From: the human T2T-CHM13v2.0 reference genome, Homo sapiens
Reading direction: 5' to 3' (one strand)
Assembly: GCF_009914755.1 (NCBI RefSeq)
Contig: NC_060939.1
Length of the DNA stretch: 64,000 nt
Shown here: positions 1-15,184 of the stretch, in pieces
How the letters are laid out: each line of letters opens with the position of its first letter
How positions within the stretch are numbered: the stretch's first letter is position 1
Translations under genes and position numbers: made by a program
The notes under the pieces: model-generated
The model's database searches: none
Seen by the model: only the letters and a program-made list of their open reading frames with translations
What the model was told of the DNA's origin: nothing

Positions 1-369
1 ATTAAAGGGTTAATATCTTATATAGTAGAATATCTTATACAAGATCTATAATATACTACAGATATTACAGGATAAATATCTATATAAGATCTTACAAATC
101 ATGTAGAAACCACTGAACATCTGTAATGAATACAACAAATCCATAGAAGAGGAAGTAAACATGCAAAGAAGTGTAGATTAAAACAGTGATTACCATTTTT
201 ACTGTGTGTGTTTTTTGTTCCTTGTGTATTTTTTTAAAAAACCTTTTTGACAGATAAGATTTTTATTTTTGCAATGAATTTCATGGTCTTCAAAGTCAAA
301 ATAAAAATTTCTGCCTAACGATTAGCTGACAGGAAGATGCCTTTAAATGTTTTTTCTTTTTGTTTCCAG

Positions 370-496
370 GAAGTATTGATGAAGATGTTGTGGTGATAGA
401 AGCTTCCTCCACTCCCCAGGTTACTGCCAATGAAGAAATTAATGTTACCTCAACTGACAGTGAAGTGGAGATTGTAACAGTTGGAGAAAGCTATCG
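370..496 (+). CDS. RNF111: RNF111 (Arkadia) exon 3, carrying SIM1 (VVVIE) and SIM2 (VEIVTV)
   Basis: tttccag|GA...TATCG|gtgag; translates [43 protein letters not shown]; 127 nt, phases fit the next exon. Confidence 0.96.
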
Positions 497-3400
497 GTGA
501 GATTTTAATTCTTAGTTAAATGTTTGAAATATTAAATATAAATATTAAACATATTTGTGCTGCAGATATTTGCATTCTTTTTATTTATTTATTTTTGAGA
601 CCCAGTTTGAGTATGCATATATCAGATTAGTGGATTTTTTTTTTTTTTTTTTTTTGGTAAGAGATAAAATATTGCTATGTTACCCAGGCTGGACTTCTAC
701 CCCTTGGCTCAAGTGATTCTCCTGTCTCATTCTCCATAGTAGCTAGGACTGTAGGCACATGTCACTAAGCCTGTCTAGATTTGTCCTTTTCAAAGCAGGC
801 TGCATTAAACTCACCTGGAGAGATAATAAAATAAAGCTATATTGTTGCCCAGACTCTTTCCCATACTTGAACTAGAATTTTAGAGGTTAGTCTTTTTAAA
901 AGCACCCCAAGTATACAATGAGAGTTAAGAGTTAATGCTCTGAATAAACAATAATTTTACTTAGTGTTTTATAAAATTGTGTTTTTTAATGATATGGAGA
1001 ATTGATCTGCTTTGAAATTTAGATGTGAATAATACATAAATATTGGGGATGGTACCAAATTAAAAATGAAAAAATATTAAGGGGTATTGATGTTGAAATA
1101 GCCCTTTCTGTTAGAATCTACTTGTTTCAATATGTTACTCATTGATACCAGTGAAACTTGTGCTGTTACTGTGTTAGGGCACCCTAATTCAAAACATATG
1201 TTTTGATTCTTTTTCCTTCACTCAGTAATTTTATCGGTGCTCTGAACTAACACATCAATGAAACATCCTTATCTGTTTTTATAAATAACTGGAAAAGACA
1301 TTGCCCTATTGCAGAATCACTTTGACTCTCCCTCCAAAATATCAACTCCTAACATTGCATTCATCTTATACTTTAGATGATTATAAGTATTGGTAATAAT
1401 AGCAATAAAGAGTTGCTTTGTTACATTTGATACACCCAACTAATAATCTAACGGATGAATCTTAATTTTTGTGTTGGAACGAATTTAGAAGTGCATTTGC
1501 TTATTGCATGTTAATATGTTACTGATTTTAAAAGTATATATTCATATTTCTGACATCTGTTACAAACACTTAGAACATGCTTTTCCACTTGCCATTTTAG
1601 CATCGAAGTGCTACTTCTAAAGGCATGGAAGTGAGCATTCTATAACATATACTTGTTTGTTTTAATTTTATATTATTTTCCCCAACTCTGAGTAAAACTG
1701 AAAACCAGTGTTATGTACCACACCTATCCTCTGACCGTGCATAGTGCTTGGTACAACATTGACTCAATTTTTATGAGCTGTAAGGACTACTGAAATTACA
1801 GACCTATTTTTCCTTGTAGGACTAGAGATCTTGTTTTGGACATGGTTGATGTCAAGCAGATGCATTTACCTGAGTTGATAGGCAGTGATCTTGAAAAAGA
1901 CCCACAGTGTACATGACCCATTGTTATATCTCTTATTGTTATCTGAGATATTAATTTTGTTACTGTTTAGCTGGCTTTTTGCCCTTTAGTTTATTTTACT
2001 TAATTATTTATTTTTTGAGACAGAGTCTCCCTCTGTCACCCAGGCTGGAGGGCAGTGGCGCCATCTTGGCTCACCGCAGCGTCCGTCTCCTGGGTTCAAG
2101 CAATCCTCCTCCCTCAGCCTTGTGAGTAGCTGGGATTACAGGCATGAGCCACCACACCTGGCTAATTTTTTTTGTATTTTTAGTAGAGACGGGGTTTCAG
2201 CATATTAGCCAGGCTGGTCTCGAACTCCTGACCTTGTGATCCACCCGCCTCGGCCTCCCAAAGTGCTAGGATTACAGGCGTGAGCCACCACGCCTGGCCT
2301 GGCCCTTTCATTTAAGAGAGTATTTCTTTGTTTTAGAGTCTTTTGTGTCAGGATTTGACAGTTGCTACTAATCATAGTGGCCACTAATACCTCCTTGAGA
2401 CTTCCTCATACATTCATGTTTTTTTGCAGTTGCTCCATCTAGTACAATATGATGCTTTCACAAAAGTACTGCAAAGTGGACCTATAACTTCCTTCAGCTA
2501 TTAACAGCTTCCCAGAGATAATAGACTACTCAGTCTCATCATAGACTCTTGATTTTTCAAGAATTTTAAATGGTGGTATCTTTCCTCATACAAAACCATT
2601 TTATCCCAAGACATGGCTATCTTGGCTCAAGCTATACCACAACTGTTTCTGATATGTACTATCCTATGTTGACAGTGGCTCGGTAATTAACTTTATACTC
2701 CTTAAGAATTTTATTTTAGAATTTGAACTTTTTAAACTCTGGGTTCTATAATCGTTGAAGTTCAAGTTGGGCTGAAAATGTTGAGGCCATTTTCAGCCCA
2801 CTTTGACCTTTGGAGTTCTCTTCTTAGTGGTTAAGCACCCACCCCCAATGACCTTTTATATTACAGATATTTTCTGTAAATGCTGACAATAAGGTTATAA
2901 GCAGTTTTATATTTAGTTTGAACAGGAGAAAGCCCTTGTGTTTTATTGGCCTCACCTTTCTAAAAGATTTATTTTTTTATCCTGGAGCCTTAGGACTGCA
3001 TATTCTACATATTATCCCTGTATGTCCTTAGTCCAAATCATTATAGTGAGTCCTTCAAAGTATATACACCTGTAAGTAAATTTAGAACAGTGTAATGCCA
3101 CACACATACTTAAATGAAGTTAGATGTTTAGGGTTCACAGTCACGTGTTTTAGAAGCATAAACTAGCTCACGCAAGTAATATTTCTTAGGGCTACCAAAC
3201 TAGTAAACTAGCCACAATATCCTTACCTCTACACATCAGGAAATCTCCCTGGTGCCTGTTTATTTTTTTTGTTTTGTTTTCTTTTATGGCAATACTAGAA
3301 GCTTAGCTTGGTTTAGGACTCCCAAAGGAATGTTTTGCAAATCTATCCTGAGCTAAACATACAAGACCTTGTGGATATTATTAAATGTGTAGGGTGTTAT

Positions 3401-3762
3401 TTTTATTCCTTTACCTATGGTGAGTAATTTTAGCTATTAACAGAAAATGTAAATAGTTTATTATAACCTGGGTAAATTCTCAAAAGTAACCATGGAAGAG
3501 AGAGTAGCATTCTTGAAACAGAATCCTGTATTTTACACTAATGATTGGTACAACATAGTATTTCTTATATTCTTAGGTCAATTAGTTGGTGATTCATTCA
3601 GCAAAGTTTACCGAGTGCCAGTCATGATTTTTAATTACAATTATTTCTTTGGAGAAATCTTGTATGAAAAACTTAACATTTAGTAAGAAAGGCTTATGGG
3701 TTTTTGTGGTGACTAAAAATTCTTTATTTATATTTACTAACTTAATATTGATGTCATTTAAG

Positions 3763-3926
3763 GTCTCGTTCAACCCTTGGACACTCCAGATCTCATTGGA
3801 GCCAGGGTTCAAGTTCTCATGCAAGTCGGCCACAGGAGCCACGGAACCGCAGTAGGATTTCTACTGTTATACAGCCCTTGAGGCAGAATGCAGCAGAAGT
3901 TGTGGACCTTACCGTTGATGAAGATG
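3763..3926 (+). CDS. RNF111: RNF111 exon 4, carrying SIM3 (VVDLT)
   Basis: tttaag|G TCT CGT...GAT G|gtaaat; [14 protein letters not shown]...[13 protein letters not shown]; 164 nt. Confidence 0.96.
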
Positions 3927-5140
3927 GTAAATTGAAGTAGTAACAGTAGAAAATTATGAAAGGAGTTTGATAAAAGGAAATCTCTTAATATGCTAGAAAC
4001 TCCTCCTGCTTACTGGTAATATATTATTAAACTACAGGGAAATTGTCAGATTTTTTAATCTCGTTTTTAATTGATATCCTAGGCTTGTAAATTTACATAA
4101 AATTCTTTGTGGTTATTGTTTCAATACTTGATAGCTATTTTCTCAGGAAAAAATATTTTTGTAAGTGGTAGTTTGAGGTTAGCTCAAACTAGTTTAGTTT
4201 GATTTGTAATAATGATTGTCTTTAACTTGCCATGAAAAAGTAGAAGCAGTACTTTTTAAATATAAACACAAAAGCAGTATAACTGAATTTTGAATGACTA
4301 ATACTGGCTGTTTGAAATGTCTAACTTTACTTTTAAAAATTATGTTATCCTTCAATATTATCGGTACCTTTTTGTGCTGCTCATTTTTTGTATTTTATTT
4401 TGGCTTACAGCTGTACCCAAGTAACTGAGGAAACAAAACCAGAGTTGGAATACAGAGGTTAGGAAAAGTGGTAGAATTTAGGAATATATGAATGAATACA
4501 TATGTGAATTTGCCCACATATTGGGAATCATCTTGAGGTATTATTAGTTATATCTTAGGAAATGGTCACTCATAATTTCCCAAAAGGAAAATGGTAAGCC
4601 ATATATGAGTTTGTTAGGTTTGGGAGTTAGCTATAAATTGGGCAAAGAATATATCAGGTAGATGGAAAGAGTTGATAGGTGGAAAGAGTTAGAGGCCATA
4701 TACAATCAGCTCTTCTATGGGCTATTTGCAGTTTGGGTGGTCATAACTTTCAGAGTATCAGTACCCAGTTGTTTATGAAGAGATAACAACTGTTTGCATT
4801 TCATTCAACAATCTCTTGGTTTTTGTTTTGAAGCACTGTAAATGATCTGTAAGACAGTCGTTAATGTAATAGGGATTAATTAATGATTACTCAGTTAATT
4901 AAATATAGGGTGACTATTTTGGAAACTTTTTGTGTTCCGATGTGACACCTGCTAGCCAGTAAGTAGGAGAAGGTGATAGAGTAGCCTTTTCCACATTACA
5001 GTAAGTTCAACCAGAATTTACACTTTACTGGGTTAAAAGTATTCCAGTGATTAGTAGATGCTCCCTTTCCCCCCACTAGTTTTTCTCATTGGAAAGCTTC
5101 TCTCTTATTAAAAATGAATCTAAAACTAAGTACATCAGAC

Positions 5141-5363
5141 CAGTGGTTCTCAACTAGGGGCAGTTTTCTCCCCCAAGTGATATTTGGCAATGTCTGCAGA
5201 CATTTTTGGTTTTCACAGTTAGGGGAGGATGCTACTGACATCTAATGGATAGAGACCATGGTTGTTGCTAAACATCATGCTGTTCACAGTGCACATCTCC
5301 TCCCCAGCGAACAAAAAATTGTCTAGCCCAAAATGTTAGTATTGCCAAGGTTGAGAAACCCTG
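5141..5363 (+). mobile_element. MER20 (hAT-Charlie)
   Basis: CAGTGGTTCTCAAC...ggcaatgtctgcagacatttttggtt...GTTGAGAAACCCTG. Confidence 0.8.
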
Positions 5364-6436
5364 GTTAAACTATTTACAAATAAACAGAAGTTCTTTTCCC
5401 CCTTTTTTATGTACAAGCAATTTGCATATACAAGCATTTGGACATACTAGCATTCAAAGTGTCCCATATAGATTCACAGGTACTATTTGTGCCTAAGGAA
5501 TTAGCTTACCTTACTGCATTGTATAGAAAGTCAACCCTCTCATTCCATAGCACATTAAGAGACCCCCCTTCTTTTCAGATTTAATTGTCGTGACTATGCT
5601 TTGGATGGATTTATTCCTACCGTTCTCAATTTTAAGCAACCATTTTAAAATTAGTTCTTTGAAACTTAACTCACTCATAAGTTGAAGTCTACCTGAAATT
5701 TCTTTTACTTTCTGATAGAAAAATGTTAATTTTTATTAGAAAGCACTGATGAGTATTAATATTTACAAAATTTTCTTTGGAAAACATATAAAAAGGCATG
5801 GAAAGGAGATTAAAACAGTTATTGGAAATCATAGCTAATGCTAAGTGATTACTCTCTGTAAGGCATCATACGAAGTATGTGATCTCAGTTCATCCTAATG
5901 ACAGTTCTATGAAGAAAATTCTGATGCTTTCCCAGTTCTACAGATGAGGAAATGGAGAATGGTTAAATAACTTATTTATATTCATACTGTCAGTGGTGAA
6001 ATCAGTATTGCTATCCAGGCAGTCTTACCCTAGAATCCATATTGTGTCAGACAGTGTGGTTTGTAACACTGTTCTGGCAGCTCGTGACCATGTGTACGTG
6101 CATAGTAAGGAACTTTTATTTCCTTTTACTGTTTTCTTCTTTGTGATAGATCAGACAACTTATTTAGAAGCTACCTGAAAAACTGTTAAATCACCTAAAT
6201 TATTGGAATAAGCATATCGGTGTTGGATTTTTTTAAAATGCAGTAATATTTTGGTAACACGTCTGTTCGATATTGCAGTTTAGCTTTGTGAACGCTTTCT
6301 TTACCAAATGTTATTAGAGAGCTTGTATTTTTAAAGTTTTTTTATTTATTAATTATAAACACATTAGCTTACATTAAAATATAACCCTTTATCTAATTTG
6401 TTTTGAAATGCTAAGTTGACATTTTGTATTTTGTAG

Positions 6437-6631
6437 AACCTACTGTAGTACCAACCACTTCTGCAAGAATGGAATCACAAGCTACTAGCGCTTCCATTAA
6501 CAATTCAAATCCATCTACCTCTGAGCAGGCCTCTGATACTGCTTCAGCTGTCACCAGTAGCCAACCTTCCACAGTGTCAGAGACTTCAGCTACTCTTACA
6601 AGCAATAGTACCACTGGCACTTCTATAGGAG
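6437..6631 (+). CDS. RNF111: RNF111 exon 5, Ser/Thr-rich
   Basis: ttgtag|AA CCT...GGA G|gtatgt; EPTVVPTTSARMESQATS...TSIG; 195 nt. Confidence 0.96.
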
Positions 6632-6869
6632 GTATGTAAAAAAGTGGGGGAGGGGAGACTTTTTGTCATTACTTTCGTTAGGAAAAGTATTATTGTTTTT
6701 AAGTCTAAGATTTTAGCTATGTTAATAAGCGGGTATTCTTACATTATAATAAACTTCATATGTTATCAAGGTAGTCTTTATTATAATTAGGCTGATTTCA
6801 TATTTGAGTTTGTGTGCTATATGTAACCAGAGTATTATAGCTCAAATAAGAGAGCTTGGGGAGAAGCAA

Positions 6870-7620
<751 letters not shown>

Positions 7621-10600
7621 GAGTTTTTAAAATTTTGGTGATATCCATTTTCTGGGGTTTTTTGGTTATGGTTTGGTCTGTTGGTGTCATATCTAAGAAA
7701 CCGTTGCCTAATCCAGGGTCACAAAAATTTATTCTGGAGCTTTCTTTAGTTTTAGCTCTTATCTCAAGCTAGTTCTTACGTTTCAATTAGCAGTGATATC
7801 TCTGGCTCTCTCTTATATCCTTTGTTTAACTGAGCCTTAAACTAACTTTCTTTCATTTTTGGATAATGGTACAGAGATAGGAACTTGCTAACTGCTTACC
7901 AATAGGGACACTGTAGACCCTGTAGCTTGTGGATTGACTAAATCACCATTAATAATGAAACCATCTTATATTTTCTATCCCTTTTTGCTTTTAATAATAT
8001 CTCATTTAATTCTTTTAATATTCATGTAATTTACATCTAGCAGATTAGAAAACTACATGTGGCTGGATCAGGAAGTATTCTCTCCCCTGGAAAACTGAGG
8101 GCAGAATTGAGAAACATTCTCAAGGAGATTTCCCAGGAGTATCTTTTTTGTTTTTTTGGCCCAGGCCAGTCTTGAAGTTCCAGGCTCAGGTGATCCTCCT
8201 ACCTCAGTCTCTCAAGTAGCTAGGACTACAGGTGTGAACCACTGTACCCAGGGGTGTCTTTTAAAAACATTCTCTGAAAAAATGTAGGCAGAAATGAAAT
8301 GGGCTTTTATTTCATTTGTTGAGTACATACTCTTTTCTTAGCTTGTTACTTGGGTATCTTATATGTTATTGTATATATTTTAATTCTTAAAAAAAAAAAA
8401 ATCCTTGACATGGTGAGACTCACACCTGTAATCCCAGCTCTTTGGGAGGCCAGGGACGCAGATCACTCGAGGCCAGGAGTTCAAGACCAGCCTAGGCAAC
8501 GTGGTGAAACCTTGTCTCTTTTGAAGAAAAAAACAAAACAAAACAAAAAAACAGAAACTTGCAGAAATTAGTGAGGCTTGGTGACACACACCTTTAGTGC
8601 CAGCTACTCAGAGACTGAGTCAGGAGAATCATGTGATCCTGACAAGTTGAGGCTACAGTGATCCTCGAGGGCACCACTACACTCCAGCCCAGATGACAGA
8701 GTAAGACCCTGTTTTAAAAAATAAATTATTGATGTTGGCATTTCTCTTACCATTTCAGAAATGAAGAAACCTGAGAAGTTAAGTACCTTGACAAAACTGT
8801 AATAATTTTTGAGGCAGGGATTTGACTTCTCATTGACTCCTGTCTCCTGTTGTAGCTTTATGTAGCATTATTATTATTATTATTATTATTTTTTTTTTTG
8901 TGAGACAGGTCTGACTCTGTTGCCCAGGCCTGTGTGCAGTGGCACAATCTTGTCTCACTGCAATCTCCACCTCCCAGGCTCAAGTGATCCTCCCGAGTAG
9001 ATGGGGGACCACAGGCATGACCACCACGTCCGGCTAATTTTTGTATTTTAGTAGAGATGGGGTTTTGCCATGTTGCCGTGTTGCCCACACTGGCCTCAGT
9101 CTCCTGGGCTCGAGCGATCCACCTGCCTCAGCCTCCAGAAGTGCTGGGATTACAGGTGTGAACTACCACCCTCGGCCTATGTGTAGCATTATTCTTACGT
9201 ACATTTTATGTGATACAGTCCCAACTTTATTTCAGAATATTCCAAAAACTTTTATATATAAATCTTTGTTCATTCACAAATCAGATTTAATTTCTGAGCA
9301 TCTTGGCTACAGTCCTAAATGGGCCTCTCTTAAGGTCAATTTCCTTCCAGGACCCTATGGAACATTAGTTCAACTATGTTCTCCACAACCCGTCCTTATC
9401 TTGTACCTTTTTGAATATTTCCAACCCTCACATTCAAGCCATCTAGCTTCACACTTATCCAAGTTCCTCCGTAAATTTATGGTTTCGAATCCTGGGCTTT
9501 CTGTAGGAAATCACCATTGTCTTGATCAGTTCCCTTTCGTTCCTCTAAGTGCCTATTTCAAAACACTCTCCTTTTCCTCAAGGTTTTCATTCCCCAGGGG
9601 AAATTTTAAAAAAATGAATAAATGAAAGTTCTTAAGCATGAACTCCTGCAACTTCCAATGCCTCCATATAAACTTTTGTGGCTCTCTACCTGTCCTCCTC
9701 TACTAATTCCTAGTCTCCTAACTCCTTCCTTTCCCTTCCAGTTCCTTTATCTGTGCTCTACCTCTTATCCTTTCCTTTGTCCTTAACCTTGCTTTAACTG
9801 TTATCTTCCTTGTGTCTTCGGCATCTTCTCTGGTTTCATTTCCTTAGTACATGCACATGTACACTTGTTTTTGTCTGTGTACATTTAAGTGTATTTTTGT
9901 CACACTAAACTCTTTCCTCTAATGGGCTTCTGACTCCTTTCATAATGAATAAACATGATCTTTTAAAATCTGACAATTGTCTCCTTTTCATAATTCATTT
10001 TCTTCCCAGGACTGTGTTCTCATCCCCCCTTTCACTAGCCCATTTCATAACTGTAAGTGTTGTCACCTATCACTAGTATGCTGATGACTCTCTCTTCTGT
10101 GTTTTTTGACCACTATATTTGTTTTAAACTTCTTTTTTTTTTTTTTTTTTTCCCCGAGACAGGGTCTTGCTTTGTCACGTAGGCTAGAGTGCAGGCTCAC
10201 TGCAGCCTCCACTTCCAGGCTTAAGTGATCCTCCTGCATCAGCCCCACAAGTAGCTGGGACTACAGGCACACTCTACCACACCTGGCCAATTTATGTATT
10301 TTTTGTAGAGATAGGGTTTTGCCATGTTGCCCAGGCTGGTCTCGAACTCCTGGACTCAGGCAATTCACTTGCCTCAGCTTTCCAAAGTGTTGGGATTACA
10401 AGTGTGAGCCACCATGCCCGGCCATTTTAGACTTTCATATCCAATTGCTTCTTGGACATCTCTCCTGGACCGTTCTGCAGTCAGTTCAAACTCAATGTGC
10501 CACAAACAGCTCATTATCTGTCTGACCTCTCCATGTGGTCCTTGTGTTATGCCTACATGATATCTTATATATTCATTTGTTTAACACATATTTATTGATG

Positions 10601-10890
10601 GCACACTATATGTCAGGCACTGTTCTAGGCAGTGGGAACAAAACAGATAAATTTTTGTTCTAACAGAGCTTACCCTCTAGTGGATAGCAATAGCTAACAT
10701 TTATTGAGCCTATAGTGTTGGCCGGTGGATTTGCCTATAATAACTCTGATTTTTACAGTAACCAGTAAGGCAGATTTTATTACTCTTCTCATTCTACAGG
10801 TGAAGTAACATATCCAAGGTTATATGATAGTGGAGCAAGAATTCAAACCTAGGCAGTCTGGCGTGGTACCTCTACTTTTCCCCTTTATGC

Positions 10891-11075
10891 CAAGATTTCT
10901 CAACCTTGGCACTACTATTGACTTTGGGCCAGATAGTTCTTACAGTGGGAGGTGGGGAAAGGCTGTGCTTACAGGATATTTAGCAGCATCCTTGGTTTGT
11001 AGCCTCTAAATTCCAGTAACATCACCTCCCTTCCAATTGTAACAACCAAAAATGTCTGCAGGCATTGCCAGATAC
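10891..11075 (-). mobile_element. MER20 fragment
   Basis: tttctcaaccttggcacta...acaaccaaaaatgtctgcaggcattgcca. Confidence 0.7.
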
Positions 11076-12334
11076 TGGGGACAGCATTGCTTTATGCTAT
11101 GCTAGAACCCAGTGTTTCTGTTCTAATACTGGTTGATTTGTATCCTAAATTGTCTCCATGCTTGATGATGAGCTTCCTTAAGGGCCAAAGAGCAAGTGTT
11201 TCTCTTCTTGGCGCTTAGCTACATGATTGCATGCTGCTTTTCCCTTGTGAGTTGAAATTAAATATAGAAAGTGCTTATTGAGCCACCTACATTGTGCAAG
11301 CATGTTTCTGGTTGCTAGAGATAAAAACAGCAAAAGCAGACCATACCGTAAGTTATGTTAAAGGCCAGGACTTTCATTTTCACCTTTGTATTATCCAGTG
11401 CCTTTTGTAGATCTTTTACCACGACTTTATTATGTGTAAGACTGTTGAATGAATGAGTAATTCATGCCTGCCTCTCGATAATCCTGCTAGAGTTACTGAA
11501 GGCACTCCTAGGAGGCACTTTAACCAAATTATTGTCCCTGGGTTGTGGAGTTAATTTCCCTAATGCAGGTTCATGATTGTCTCATTTTTAGTGGGCCCTC
11601 TATGGGTTAATTTTAATAGAAAAGGAAGTGTTTTATTTACTGAATCATATATCTCTGTATTTCACCTCTAATTTATGACAGTTTTATTTGGGTAGTAACT
11701 CTCGAATGAGAGGCTAATTGGTTGTCTTTAGTTTTGGATGCAAGCCTGTTTGAGAAACAAAGAGGTTCTGGACTATATATATTCAAAATGCTCGAAGGCA
11801 AAAGAGGACAAGCTGTTTCTGAACAGATACATGTCATATCCATCACTTTAGTGATGGTTACAAACTCATACCCTGACTTTTAGAGTCAACGTAATCCTCA
11901 AATAACTTGGTTTGTAAAATTAAAGTGTCAGAGTTGGAAGGAACCATGAAGGTAATTTAGCGTATCCCAGTGAGTGAGCTTAGTATCCCAAAGGTTTTCA
12001 ACCTTTTTTTCCTGATGCAATACACAATAAATGATATTGACTTGTATAACACTTTTACATAGAGACTAAGATAAAACCCTGAAAATGCTGTAGCAAGTAA
12101 AGCTACTGTAATAATGAGTAATTACTATACATATTATAATTTATAGGAAACAGTTACTTAATGTTGGGTTCAGCATAGCCCTAAAAGACTTTTGATCATG
12201 GTCAGTTCCTGATATGCTAGTTTTAACACTTGACCAGGTTATTCAACACATTTGGAATACAAGTGAATGAAAGTAACATAATTATAGAACTGACTTTGGA
12301 ACTGCTATTATTTGTTCTAAAAAGTAAATAATCT

Positions 12335-12663
<329 letters not shown>

Positions 12664-14844
12664 TTACAAATTACAATATTTAACATAATTCTAGGGGCAG
12701 TTAGAGGTTAGTGTCAGTTTGTATTTTTCTTCCGTCCAAGTTCACAGACGCGTGAATTCTAGTTCCCAGGTTAAGAACCTTTACAAAAGGGTTTGGGAGA
12801 TTAGCCCCCATAGGCCAGACTAGCAGCTTGGAAAAAACGAATATACAGAAATTTAGATTAGAGCTACTGTGTAACAGAGGTTAGAGCACAGACCTTGAAG
12901 AGATGAGAATCCGGAAAGGCAGGATAAGACATGTAAGAGAGGGCAGAGCCAGGAGAATTTTAGGGAAATTTGCTGAATCTTACCAAGCAGAGCCTGAAGC
13001 ACCCCCCTACCCAGGTTCATTTATGTGAACCCATAATTCCCTTTATTATTTAAGCTGTTTTGGTTGGATTTTTATTTTATTTGTAAACAAGCAGAAGATT
13101 CCTAATTGATACATTGACCCAGAAGAGATTAGCTAGGTACTTTGAGCCCCATAGGAGCAGGGTATCCTTACTCTTGGGTACTGTAAAATCAAGGCTAGGA
13201 CAGTAATGTTCCAGAATTCTAAGGATTCTGAGGAGATGCCTCAGAATCAGAGTAGGGGGTTAAGGATGGCAGCAGGGCGGGGCTTTGGCTTTAGGCTCTT
13301 CACTCTTGTAATTTAATCAGAAGCTTCAAGTTTTAAAAATCTCTTTTATATAGTTTCCATATAATATTTAGTTTGAGGAAGCGTTTCTAGGTTTTAAATG
13401 AATTTGAAACACTGGGACAGACTTTCAGAGGATACTTTTGCAGTTCTTCTGCCATAGAAGAACATACCTTCAAAATAACTGGGCATGTGGCGGAGAGCAT
13501 AATCAGGACTCATGTGTTTTATACTGAGAAATTTATCTTTTCTAACAACCATGCAAGGCAATTTTATTACCACATTTTATAGATGAAAAGGAGGTTAAAT
13601 AACTTCCCTAAGGTCACATTGCTGAAAGAAAGGTCCCAGATTAGAACCCAGATTCATTTGACTCCATGTTTCTTTTCCCACTGTGTGACACTAAGTCATT
13701 AGATTACTTTAAAGCACATTTTATTTTCCAAGTATTAGAGTCTAATCATTTCTTACATTCTATTGGTTCTGACTGTAGAGTCCAAAGGAAGGAAAAAAGA
13801 TAATGGCCCAGACATGGTGGCTCACGCCTGTAATCCAAGTACTTTGGGATGCTGAGGTGGGCGGATCACCTGAGCTCTGGAAGGAGCTTAAGACCAGCCT
13901 GGGCAATGTGGCAAAATCTTGTCTCTACAAAAAATACAAAAATTAGCCAGGCGTGGTGGTGTGTGCCTATGGTCCCAGCTACTTAGGAGGCTGAGGCAGG
14001 AGAATCTGTTGAGCAAATATATACAATGTATATATTTGTGTTGGTGGATAGTGAGACTTCACCAGATACACTCTGACTTGGCTGGCTGTGTCTTAAGGTG
14101 AGATTTTAAGAAGTACATAGCTGCCTGCATTATGTAGGAAGGATTTATGATATTAGGGGTTCATGGAGCTCAGGGGAAGAGCATTTGCTTTGTAGCATGT
14201 AGTGGAAGGACTCGTATTTTTAAACTTTTAAAATACAGTTTTACTGGTAATAAATCATTTACTGTGCCATAGGAAAACATGATCTATTGCCATACTTACA
14301 CATCACAGTAAATATGAGCCTCCTGAAGAATTTAGAGTTTCAGGAAAATCCCAGTGAAGACCACTGCATAAAATCATATGATGTATATGTTAAGAATATG
14401 GCACTATCAGCCGGGGTGTGGTGGCTCACGCCTGTAATCCCAGCACTTTGGGAGGCTGAGGCGGGCAGATCACCTGAGGTTGGGAGTTCAAGACCAGCCT
14501 GACCAACATGGAGAAACCCCATCTGTACTAAAAATACAAAATAAGCTGGGCGTGGTGGTGCATGCCTGTAATCCCAGCTACTCAGGAGGCTGAGGGAGGA
14601 AAATCGCTTGAACCCAGGAGGCGGAGGTTTGGTGAGCCAAGATGGCGCCACTGCACTCCAGCCTGTGCAACAACAGCAAGACTCCATCTCAAAAAAAAAA
14701 GAACGTGGCACTATCACATTATTTACAGAGATTTGAAATTACCGAACATTTCTTTAAACATTTATTATTTATACCCCATACCTATTTTTTTACACAGTGA
14801 TATTTCATGATTTGATTATTCTGTGCATTTTTTTCTGTTTCAAG

Positions 14845-15164
14845 ATGACTCAAGGAGAACTACATCTAGTGCTGTAACGGAAACTGGCCCTCCTGCAATG
14901 CCAAGGTTACCTTCCTGCTGTCCCCAGCACTCACCATGTGGAGGGTCGTCACAGAACCACCATGCATTAGGACATCCTCATACAAGTTGCTTTCAGCAGC
15001 ATGGTCACCATTTTCAACATCATCACCACCACCACCATACTCCCCACCCAGCTGTCCCAGTTTCTCCTTCCTTTAGTGATCCTGCTTGCCCTGTGGAAAG
15101 ACCTCCACAAGTACAAGCACCTTGTGGAGCAAATAGTAGTTCTGGTACCAGCTATCATGAACAG
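14845..15164 (+). CDS. RNF111: RNF111 exon 6, His-rich with an H7 tract
   Basis: tttcaag|AT GAC...GAA CAG|gtatgt; DDSRRTTSS...[15 protein letters not shown]...SYHEQ; 320 nt. Confidence 0.96.
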
Positions 15165-15184
15165 GTATGTGGAATTTGAGTCAG

